This document shows positions 17,847-25,155 of a stretch of DNA of 64,000 bases, in pieces. Position numbers and translations under genes: made by a program. Each line of letters begins with the position of its first letter. The first letter of the stretch is position 1. Source of the DNA: a virus; the IMG/VR virus record IMGVR_UViG_3300036944_000508, positions 6,896 to 70,895 of that record; one strand, given 5' to 3'. Below the pieces are notes generated by a model that worked only from the letters and a program-made list of their open reading frames with translations, was not told the DNA's origin and did not search any database.

Positions 17847-18389
17847 TTAACTTAATGTGTACTCTATGATATCCCAACATTCATTCACAGTCTTTGGTTC
17901 ACTAAATGCGCACACCGATGGTTTTGTTTCGTCGGCAATAAACCTCGGTGTTTCTTGCGCGAAGGGTAGTTCTTTATAGATGTGAGTAATTACCTTTGTT
18001 GTTAGGCATTCTATTTTATGCAACGTTGTATAATGCATGCGATATTCTTGGTTCGGTTCCGTAATGAATGTGCAGCGTTCAATTAAGTTGATGTTTGATA
18101 ATAATATCTCTTGCTGCGAGTCAGGAGCGCACTCCTTGCGTTCCACACGTAATGTAGATGTCGGGTCGGTGCCGTCTATTTCGTAAATGTAATTTTTTAA
18201 CTTTCCCTTTAGAACTCTCGAGGTAAAACTAAATCTGTGTTCGTGTATATCTTCCACTAAAATTTTTGCTCTATCGGAATAAAAATGATATGATTGATTC
18301 TTACAAAATGGATACTTAACTACTCCGAGTCCCATATAATGCGGTATTCCGTTTAGTGCTCGTAATTGATCTATAGTAATCATATCCAC
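17847..18389 (-). CDS. cupin-like hypothetical protein
   Basis: IHEHRFSF.S.VL.G...LHKI. Confidence 0.5.
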   Translation of the reverse strand: MDMITIDQLRALNGIPHYMGLGVVKYPFCKNQSYHFYSDRAKILVEDIHEHRFSFTSRVLKGKLKNYIYEIDGTDPTSTLRVERKECAPDSQQEILLSNINLIERCTFITEPNQEYRMHYTTLHKIECLTTKVITHIYKELPFAQETPRFIADETKPSVCAFSEPKTVNECWDIIEYTLS

Positions 18390-18397
18390 GTGTTTAT

Positions 18398-18453
18398 AGT
18401 CCTGGAATTTATAGTAGGTCTTATCGCATGCATATTTATAAACTTCCAGGACT
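18398..18453 (-). promoter_or_regulatory. Late promoter TATAAATA within an RBS-sequestering hairpin
   Basis: AGTCCTGGAA / TTCCAGGACT arms; TATAAATA at 18433..18440. Confidence 0.65.
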
Positions 18454-18455
18454 TT

Positions 18456-18532
<77 letters not shown>

Positions 18533-18541
18533 ACTATTTAA

Positions 18542-18736
18542 TTACTTCGAATCTGCTTCTGGAGCAGGTGCTTCAATCGCAGCAGCATCTAGAGGTGCTT
18601 CTGCCGCTTCTGCTGCAGCAAGTGCTTCATCTGCTGCTGGACCAGCGGCTTCTGATACTGATGGTGTATCTTCACTAGGAGCACACGCTGCGGTAAGTGC
18701 AATAACTGCTGCTGCCATAAAAGTCTTGATATTCAT
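18542..18736 (-). CDS. small Ala/Glu-rich lipoprotein
   Basis: MNIKTFMAAAVIALTAAC lipobox; AAGGAA RBS. Confidence 0.7.
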   Translation of the reverse strand: MNIKTFMAAAVIALTAACAPSEDTPSVSEAAGPAADEALAAAEAAEAPLDAAAIEAPAPEADSK

Positions 18737-18760
18737 AATTAATTCCTTGGTTGTTAAAAA

Positions 18761-18842
18761 TGGAGCCCCAGACAGGATTCGAACCTGTATTTTCTTTCCA
18801 GTTACCTTTATCTTCGTTCGTAGCGAAGGGGGATACTGAGGC
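18761..18842 (-). tRNA. D-armless tRNA-Arg(ACG)-like RNA
   Basis: Acceptor stem, ACG anticodon arm, canonical T arm and CCA present; no D arm; 23 nt variable region. Confidence 0.75.
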
Positions 18843-18844
18843 AT

Positions 18845-18918
18845 TGGAGCGGATAGTGAGACTCAAACTCACCTCTTTAGCTTGGAAGGCTAAGGCACAA
18901 TCTCTATACCATACCCGC
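18845..18918 (-). tRNA. tRNA-Gly(TCC)
   Basis: Loop CTTCCAA; T loop TTTGAGT. Confidence 0.88.
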
Positions 18919-18937
18919 ATTAAACTTATTTATTTGT

Positions 18938-19028
18938 TACGGAACAGTCCCCGCTGCTCTGTATTACTGTTTGCTCAATGGGGTTTCACAGGGTCGACCC
19001 TATCTCTGTTCTATGCAAACAAACCGTA
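18938..19028 (-). ncRNA. candidate structured ncRNA (possible pseudoknot)
   Basis: TACGG/CCGTA, TGTTTGC/GCAAACA, AGGGTCGACCCT and GAACAG/CTGTTC pairings. Confidence 0.5.
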
Positions 19029-19033
19029 TTAAA

Positions 19034-19108
19034 TGGCGACCTTGAGGGATTATGATACCCCGACCTTCGCAGTGACAGTGCGACGCTCTTCCTCTGAGCT
19101 ACAAGGCC
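19034..19108 (-). tRNA. tRNA-Asp(GTC), atypical T loop
   Basis: Loop CTGTCAC, G73; T arm GGGGTATCATAATCCCT. Confidence 0.88.
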
Positions 19109-19114
19109 TTAAAC

Positions 19115-19199
19115 TGGTGGGAAGGTGAGGTATCGATCCTCCCCCGAAAACGGATGAGATTTACAGTCTCACTGCCAGAGCCACTGACTTTACCTTCCC
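19115..19199 (-). tRNA. tRNA-Tyr(GTA)
   Basis: Long variable arm, loop CTGTAAA. Confidence 0.9.
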
Positions 19200-19203
19200 G
19201 AAA

Positions 19204-19279
19204 TGGTGCTCCCGAACGGATTCGAACCGCTGACACGTGGTTCTTCAAACCACTGCTCTACCAACTGAGCTACAGGAGC
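19204..19279 (-). tRNA. tRNA-Phe(GAA)
   Basis: Cloverleaf; loop TTGAAGA. Confidence 0.93.
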
Positions 19280-19286
19280 GTAATAG

Positions 19287-19363
19287 TGGTACCCGTGGAG
19301 AGACTCGAACTCCCAACATTCTGGACCTAAACCAGACGCCTCTGCCAATTGGACTACACGGGC
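19287..19363 (-). tRNA. tRNA-Leu(TAG), short variable arm
   Basis: Loop TTTAGGT, 77 nt. Confidence 0.9.
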
Positions 19364-19375
19364 ATAAAAATGAGC

Positions 19376-19501
19376 GACCACCTGCAGTGTGCCTTGATCA
19401 ATTACGCTGCAGCGCCTGATCTTCCCAGATAGTCTTTACTGTTGCAACAGCAAGTGCTACCCTTTTCTCTTACCTTTCGGTGGGGTTCAGCAGAGGTGGT
19501 C
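19376..19501 (-). ncRNA. candidate structured ncRNA
   Basis: Closing stem GACCACCT/AGGTGGTC with internal hairpins (ACC-GAAA-GGT, CTGTTGCAACAG, CGCTGCAGCG). Confidence 0.55.
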
Positions 19502-19506
19502 TATAT

Positions 19507-19582
19507 TGGTGGAGAATAACGGGATCGAACCGTTCACCTTCTGCGTGCAAGGCAGACGCTCTACCGAATGAGCTAATTCCCC
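19507..19582 (-). tRNA. tRNA-Ala(TGC)
   Basis: G3-U70, canonical. Confidence 0.95.
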
Positions 19583-19595
19583 GAATCTATAAAGC

Positions 19596-19740
19596 GAAGT
19601 GGGAGGATTCAGTTGTACCTCCATGACCCAGTCAATTACTATCTGTAATCTCGGTCAACGACTCGTTACTGGTTAAGAGGAGTACCACTCCCCGAGTCTA
19701 CATTATCCCCACTGACGAGGGGATTATTCAGTCACACTTC
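19596..19740 (-). ncRNA. candidate multi-helix ncRNA
   Basis: GAAGTG/CACTTC closing stem plus four internal helices. Confidence 0.65.
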
Positions 19741-19771
19741 TTACGCCGACCGTCGCCAGCGATATATCGAT

Positions 19772-19880
19772 GAATGTAATGGCTACTGAGGTGTCGACAC
19801 GCTACTGTCGGTAATTTCGCTCTTTACGTTCCTATCATTGCCCCAACCGCTTGGTCGCCACAGGAACTTCCATCACACTC
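19772..19880 (-). ncRNA. candidate structured ncRNA
   Basis: GAGTGTGATGG/CCATTACATTC closing stem; GTTCCTGT/ATAGGAAC and CGACA/TGTCG arms. Confidence 0.55.
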
Positions 19881-19884
19881 AAAC

Positions 19885-19959
19885 TGGCTCCCCAAGATGG
19901 GATCGAACCACCGACAAGGTGATTAACAGTCACCTGCTCTACCTCTGAGCTATTGGGGA
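19885..19959 (-). tRNA. tRNA-Asn(GTT)
   Basis: Canonical cloverleaf. Confidence 0.95.
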
Positions 19960-20035
19960 ATAAACTTGCCGTTTTGTTTTCACTGCATAATCCGAGGGTA
20001 TATACAGCGGTTCAGCAGACGGTACTGCTTAGAAA

Positions 20036-20111
<76 letters not shown>

Positions 20112-20115
20112 GAAA

Positions 20116-20185
20116 ACTTATTAGATGAACACATTACCAGAAGCATTTACGAGTTACTCCTAAATAATGTGTTCATCTAATAAGT
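20116..20185. repeat. 21 bp perfect inverted repeat in the tRNA operon leader
   Basis: ACTTATTAGATGAACACATTA (20116..20136) / TAATGTGTTCATCTAATAAGT (20165..20185). Confidence 0.9.
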
Positions 20186-20236
20186 CTCCGAAAAGACTTA
20201 TTAATTTTTTATAACAATGAGAAAGAACCGAAACTT

Positions 20237-20274
20237 TATTTATACACTATACTATACTTTTTAGAGAAAGTCAA
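20237..20274 (-). promoter_or_regulatory. Tandem sigma70 and late promoters of the tRNA operon
   Basis: TTGACT-N17-TATAGT followed by TATAAATA. Confidence 0.8.
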
Positions 20275-20288
20275 GTGTTTTTTAACAT

Positions 20289-20690
20289 TTATTTTTCTAA
20301 CCACTTTTTGATTGAACCAAACTTGAGATCGAGACGATACTCAAGAGATTCCCAACCATAGAAGCGCATTTCTTCATCATCAATGCCTTCTGCTTCACAG
20401 ATAATGGCGACTGCTGCCGCATTATCAAAGCAATTCTTGACCAAACCCATGATACCGTCTACACGACAAACAAACTCAGCGAAGTTACGATCCTGACGAA
20501 TCTTTTCTTCGTCGATCTGCACAGAGAGTTTCCCGACGAGACGCTCGTATTCAGCATCAAACTCTTCAATTGAAGAGAAGGTAACATCACGAGGGCGGAA
20601 ACCGTACACATCTTTGTGTAGGTCTGAAAAGATGTTACCATCCTTAGAGTTGGTAGCGGTATTAATATCACGAAGAGTCAACATAATCAA
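20289..20690 (-). CDS. early hypothetical protein
   Basis: FSDLHKDVYGFRPR motif; behind a promoter. Confidence 0.65.
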   Translation of the reverse strand: MIMLTLRDINTATNSKDGNIFSDLHKDVYGFRPRDVTFSSIEEFDAEYERLVGKLSVQIDEEKIRQDRNFAEFVCRVDGIMGLVKNCFDNAAAVAIICEAEGIDDEEMRFYGWESLEYRLDLKFGSIKKWLEK

Positions 20691-20711
20691 AACCTTTCAA
20701 ACTATAATACC

Positions 20712-20740
20712 ACTATACCTCGAAAATGCGAAAATGTCAA
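20712..20740 (-). promoter_or_regulatory. sigma70-type early promoter (same family as the 47 bp repeat)
   Basis: GGGGCTTGACA-N17-TATAGT; flanks nearly identical to 6060..6118. Confidence 0.85.
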
Positions 20741-20764
20741 GCCCCTAAATTTATTTTTTTGAAA

Positions 20765-21268
20765 TTAATCTCGCGGACGATATGGGTCATATTTCATACC
20801 CCACAACCAACCTCCTGGCAATATGAAAGTCAGAGGGTCAACAAGGTGGCATTTACCGTTCGGTTCAACACACCATTTTCGACGTCTCATACTCGCTTTG
20901 ATTGCCATGAGTCGACGAGTTTCCCAAGTATGCCTTCTAGCATACATCGGATTACCATCCCTGCGCCTAGTTCCTCGCATGGTTCGACTTATCGATGCTT
21001 TATGCTCTGGTGTTAAACCACCCCAGCAGGGATTCTTTTCACCAGTTAATGCTTCTGAAATCTTTTTGCGAGTCTCGGGGCTATGCCCCGAAGATTTTTT
21101 TCTGGTAACTTTATCAACAATTGTGAAACCTTTTCCGAGGACTTCTGCTTTGTCTCGGAGGATTTCTATCTTACTGTTTTGTAGCAAGAGTTCTCTTGGT
21201 TTTGGAACCTTGTTCGGATCGTTGACAATCCACAGTTCTGTTTTTGTTTTGAATAGAAAGAACTTCAT
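20765..21268 (-). CDS. NUMOD3 DNA-binding motif protein
   Basis: HSPETRKKISEALTGEKNP and NPMYARRHTWETR repeats. Confidence 0.75.
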   Translation of the reverse strand: MKFFLFKTKTELWIVNDPNKVPKPRELLLQNSKIEILRDKAEVLGKGFTIVDKVTRKKSSGHSPETRKKISEALTGEKNPCWGGLTPEHKASISRTMRGTRRRDGNPMYARRHTWETRRLMAIKASMRRRKWCVEPNGKCHLVDPLTFILPGGWLWGMKYDPYRPRD

Positions 21269-21798
21269 TTGTGTAATGTTATGTTGCGGATTCTAAAGTT
21301 TTGCAAATTATCTATAATGAATTTAATAACACCTGCAACATGCTCTGGCGCCATCTTATCGACAGTGCTGTTTTGCATTACTCTAGTATCAGTTGCTCCA
21401 GGTCTGAAATTCAACACAGATGGTTTATTAGACATACTAGTTTCCTCGTAGAATTTATCTAGAGATAGTTTGGCATCTGCATATGGTTGGTTGTTAATTT
21501 GTTGAAAATCATTCACACGACTACTTATATTGATAATATACTTCTGTTCGTCAGTCCACACATCAAACATTCTTCGAGCGAGAACAACTTGAGCATCTGT
21601 GTAGTTTGAATAATCGAATGCATTATTTACAAACACGTCACAATCATAAACAGCATCAATGATTTTAGATCTACCAAGTTCTGTTGTTATGTCATAACCG
21701 TTTGACCGTGAAAGTCCAATAACATCATAATCGATACCCAACGCATCAAATGTTGCCTTACCAATACCAGAAGTATGGCCTGTAACTGCAATCTTCAA
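21265..21798 (-). CDS. Short-chain dehydrogenase/reductase
   Basis: TGHTSGIG, VNNA, INISS, YADAK (YxxxK). Confidence 0.88.
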   Translation of the reverse strand: MKIAVTGHTSGIGKATFDALGIDYDVIGLSRSNGYDITTELGRSKIIDAVYDCDVFVNNAFDYSNYTDAQVVLARRMFDVWTDEQKYIINISSRVNDFQQINNQPYADAKLSLDKFYEETSMSNKPSVLNFRPGATDTRVMQNSTVDKMAPEHVAGVIKFIIDNLQNFRIRNITLHK

Positions 21799-22181
21799 AC
21801 AACACCTTTATCCAGCAGCGTTAGATTATGTTCGCGGTCAATATATGTAAATTCTACATGATGCGGGTCGAAATCTTCTAGAGCAACGAATACATCACCC
21901 GTGTTAAGAGTGCTGCAGGTATACACATCGAGTTGCATCAGAGCAGGTGACACCTCGTCCCATACATGCATAGCAATATGTGATGTTTCGATTATGGTAA
22001 CTGCAGTCAATCCACGATTGCCTTCCATGTCACTGTAAACAGCATATGGACCCATGAGTATCTTCATGTCAATTTTGTCTACCAGAGTCTTCATCCAATC
22101 CTGAATTGCTTCGACGCATTTCGGTGGATTATTGAGTTCTGCTCGCACAATGAGATGCTTGTGCTCTAGAATTTGCCCCAT
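21795..22181 (-). CDS. speD: S-adenosylmethionine decarboxylase-like proenzyme
   Basis: ETSHIAMHVW self-cleavage motif, DVYTC. Confidence 0.8.
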   Translation of the reverse strand: MGQILEHKHLIVRAELNNPPKCVEAIQDWMKTLVDKIDMKILMGPYAVYSDMEGNRGLTAVTIIETSHIAMHVWDEVSPALMQLDVYTCSTLNTGDVFVALEDFDPHHVEFTYIDREHNLTLLDKGVV

Positions 22182-22212
22182 TTCTGTTCCTTGACTTCTG
22201 CTGGAAAGAATT

Positions 22213-22220
22213 TATTTATA
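22213..22220 (-). promoter_or_regulatory. T4-type late promoter
   Basis: TATAAATA upstream of the speD-like gene. Confidence 0.65.
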
Positions 22221-22722
22221 AGGTTGCCAAGGATTTTTTTGGCGACTTCTTTTTCTTAACCTCTGGCGCTTTCCAACCTGTCAGGAAACTCTCAAGAACT
22301 TCCGCGAGACGAGGATATGCTTCGAGTAAAGTTTGATCCTTAATGTGATCAAGCAATTTCGCTTCCTTAATTTGCAACCCCTGACATGTCTGCATCCAAA
22401 TTTCCTCGCGACGGAACTGCGGTACTTTACTGGCACTGCCTTCTGGTAAGAGAGTCAAAATTCGACGGAACTCTTGAGTGATGGTTGTATCTGCCATGTT
22501 AGCAGGTAGTCCCTCATCCTTATATGGAGTTGGACCATCGGGAAGATTAATTGGACCTTGCTCATATCCAACACCCCATGCAACAAATCGCATAAGAACA
22601 GAATTGCCGAGTGAGATTGCTCTTACACGTTCGCGTAATTCGTCAGTTGTTTCTGCTGCACATGCCCAATCAAGTGCCTCATCTATCTGCTTAAATTTCT
22701 TTGGTGGTAGTCTTTGTGCCAT
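22216..22722 (-). CDS. conserved T4-like hypothetical protein (rnh neighbourhood)
   Basis: LPDG.TPY...RRE......GL...EA.LL...KD pattern. Confidence 0.65.
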   Translation of the reverse strand: MAQRLPPKKFKQIDEALDWACAAETTDELRERVRAISLGNSVLMRFVAWGVGYEQGPINLPDGPTPYKDEGLPANMADTTITQEFRRILTLLPEGSASKVPQFRREEIWMQTCQGLQIKEAKLLDHIKDQTLLEAYPRLAEVLESFLTGWKAPEVKKKKSPKKSLATL

Positions 22723-22729
22723 AATTAAT

Positions 22730-23440
22730 TCATCCTACTTTATAATATTGTGGACTATTTATTAGTCTTTCGTAGCACTCTTTTTCGGGTTGCAGATAAG
22801 TGTTAAATATTGGAACTCTGTGTGTTAACAACTGCAATCCCTGAATAAATGCATCAAATACTTTTTTGGTATCATATTCATATTCTTCTGGAACTATGTT
22901 AGTATAAGGATTACTGTGCGAATCAGGTATGTTATTTGATACTAAAAAATTGCTGAGATCTTTGATGTTTAGTATGATGCTATCTGTAAACAGTTCTGAG
23001 AACGTTTCTGCATCATGCAACCAGTTACCTATGTGATACTGCCACCTGTGACTATCAAATTCTTTATGTGGTGACCAAACTTTGGCAGAAAATCGCAAAC
23101 ACGCTTCGTTATAATTAGCCCAGAAAGATATATCATTGAGAAAAGATATGTCTCCATTTTGTGCTATAATTTTTCTAATATATGGTCCACCTAAAATTTT
23201 ACCTATAAGTTCAAACATACCACTATGGAAACGGGACACAGGTTCACGAATCAAAATTACGAATTTTTTATCTGTAGTCTCTTTTTTTGAGATCATGAGA
23301 TCGAGAACTTCTTTACGCAAAGAAAGTTTAATATCCTGCATGGGTGTAATATCTGTGATACCGTCAGTATACAACAGTGTGCGTGTTCCTGTTTTACCTG
23401 CTGTGTAAAATATAAATTTGTCGTTCTCATATCCCTGCAT
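22730..23440 (-). CDS. Sulfotransferase-like protein
   Basis: KTGTRT and IREPVSRFHS motifs. Confidence 0.6.
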   Translation of the reverse strand: MQGYENDKFIFYTAGKTGTRTLLYTDGITDITPMQDIKLSLRKEVLDLMISKKETTDKKFVILIREPVSRFHSGMFELIGKILGGPYIRKIIAQNGDISFLNDISFWANYNEACLRFSAKVWSPHKEFDSHRWQYHIGNWLHDAETFSELFTDSIILNIKDLSNFLVSNNIPDSHSNPYTNIVPEEYEYDTKKVFDAFIQGLQLLTHRVPIFNTYLQPEKECYERLINSPQYYKVG

Positions 23441-23445
23441 TTTTT

Positions 23446-23952
23446 TTATTTCTCCGTAAACATTCTAACGTTCAGAATCCAGCGATCAGATTCTTTTATC
23501 GTTGTTACTCCATGTAAGTCTTCATATCCATAATAAACACCATCACCAACATCAAGATCTACAAATTCCCTCTCGATCGTAAGATATCCACCTTTATACG
23601 ATCTAGGATCATTCAATTGAATAATTAATCCCGAATTAGATTCACCATCTAATACGCCCCACGTATCACGATGGTCTCTGATGCAAGAACCTGGAGGATA
23701 ATGCATTATTCTAAATGCAGTTGCACTAACATTAGGAATATTAGTGTAAATCATATCACAATATTTTTGTGACTCTGCCTCAGATAATTGATTTAAATAG
23801 AATGCGACCTCAGAACGTCTAGTTGACTCCAATTTTCGTAGAGTTTCTACGCCTGCAAATGATGTAAAGTTCTCTGATAATGCAGGAACCATGTCAATGA
23901 GTTCCGCACATGTATCAGATGTAAAGATATTTCTGTATATCTTAAAACTCAT
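23446..23952 (-). CDS. 2OG-Fe(II) oxygenase
   Basis: DHRD, Y.GG.L, HGVT.I...RW. Confidence 0.85.
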   Translation of the reverse strand: MSFKIYRNIFTSDTCAELIDMVPALSENFTSFAGVETLRKLESTRRSEVAFYLNQLSEAESQKYCDMIYTNIPNVSATAFRIMHYPPGSCIRDHRDTWGVLDGESNSGLIIQLNDPRSYKGGYLTIEREFVDLDVGDGVYYGYEDLHGVTTIKESDRWILNVRMFTEK

Positions 23953-24823
23953 CTACGAGTTCAATCATCTGCTTCATACGATTGGCGATAAAATAGTTCA
24001 ACAGACCTGAGCGATCTCCGCCAAGTTGTTTCTCATAACTATCTATAATCGCTACTTTGATGTCCTCAGGAATACGCGACAGGTCAACTAGTTCACGGTT
24101 GCGCTGAAAGTTGCGCCACATTTCATCATTGGTGATGAAGTCTTCAGGTTTCTGAGTTTTCCATTCAGCAAGTTTTTCCTTGCGAATAGGACGCTGACGT
24201 TGACCATTGATAAATGTATCATCATCAGACATGATGTTAGGCACACCATCACCCTTATCGCCCATGATAATATGTTCCATGAGCACTGCTTCAGGTGATT
24301 CCTTCAACTTACAGAACTTCTTCTGAACAGGAGCATACTGTTTTACATTGCTCCACTTCTGCAGTTGCTGGAAGTCATGGTCACCAGATAGAACAAGGAA
24401 TGGTTCAGCACTAGGCATGAGACCATCAGTGTTCATGGTCTGACTATACTCGGCGAGTACTGCGATAACATCATCTGCTTCTGCACCATCAACGTCGATT
24501 ACAGGATACGGGAAGTGTTCCTGTAGTTCGCTGCGAATTTGATGCAGTGCTTCGAAGATAGCAGACCAATCAAACCCAGACTCCTGCCGTGCTTTCTTAC
24601 GATTCGCCTTATAGTTAGGAAAATACTGACGACGCCAGTAGTGACGATTGTCACAAGCAATCACAATGCTGCCGAACTCAGCACCAAACTTCCGCTTATA
24701 TGAACGAATGGCATTGATGATCATGTGCCGAATCAGCGGAAGATTTACCTCCACATCACGACGACCACCTAGTTCTGCCATCATACTGCTGATAGCAGTC
24801 TGGTTAAAATCAACAACAATCAT
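23942..24823 (-). CDS. rnh: T4-like RNase H (5'-3' exonuclease)
   Basis: YKANRK, EADDVI, SGDHDF.QL, GDKGDGVPN. Confidence 0.95.
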   Translation of the reverse strand: MIVVDFNQTAISSMMAELGGRRDVEVNLPLIRHMIINAIRSYKRKFGAEFGSIVIACDNRHYWRRQYFPNYKANRKKARQESGFDWSAIFEALHQIRSELQEHFPYPVIDVDGAEADDVIAVLAEYSQTMNTDGLMPSAEPFLVLSGDHDFQQLQKWSNVKQYAPVQKKFCKLKESPEAVLMEHIIMGDKGDGVPNIMSDDDTFINGQRQRPIRKEKLAEWKTQKPEDFITNDEMWRNFQRNRELVDLSRIPEDIKVAIIDSYEKQLGGDRSGLLNYFIANRMKQMIELVDEF

Positions 24824-25155
24824 TCTATATCTTCTTTCGTAACAGTTAGTGCTTCACGAACATCATCAAGCATGTTAATCTCAGGGCATTCAACTCCTGC
24901 CTGACGCATGTATAAACCAGTGATCATAACGGCGATAACAGCAGCGTCGGAATGAAAATTCTCGTTGGTTAGACCAATTTTTTTTTCTGTTGCCATAAGA
25001 ATACCACGCAGACAAGCTTGCGCGAATGCCTCGGCATCCTGGTATGCTGAATATTCCGTAGCACCTTGAAGGAAATAACTCAGAGAGTCTTTATCAATCT
25101 CCTTAACTGTATTCGTCTTCAGGTAAGTAATATTGTCACTTTTATCGGTCATCAA
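24820..25155 (-). CDS. hypothetical protein
   Basis: Coupled ORF. Confidence 0.6.
   Translation of the reverse strand: MMTDKSDNITYLKTNTVKEIDKDSLSYFLQGATEYSAYQDAEAFAQACLRGILMATEKKIGLTNENFHSDAAVIAVMITGLYMRQAGVECPEINMLDDVREALTVTKEDIE

Noticed and set aside
18675-19419. ORFs across the Arg/Gly/Tyr/Phe/Leu tRNAs
   Set aside because: Explained by the tRNA sequences; only the lipoprotein from 18736 is kept
19590-19880. tmRNA or RNase P RNA
   Set aside because: No Ala-like acceptor or tag frame and no GAGGAAAGUCC motif were seen; kept as unknown ncRNA candidates
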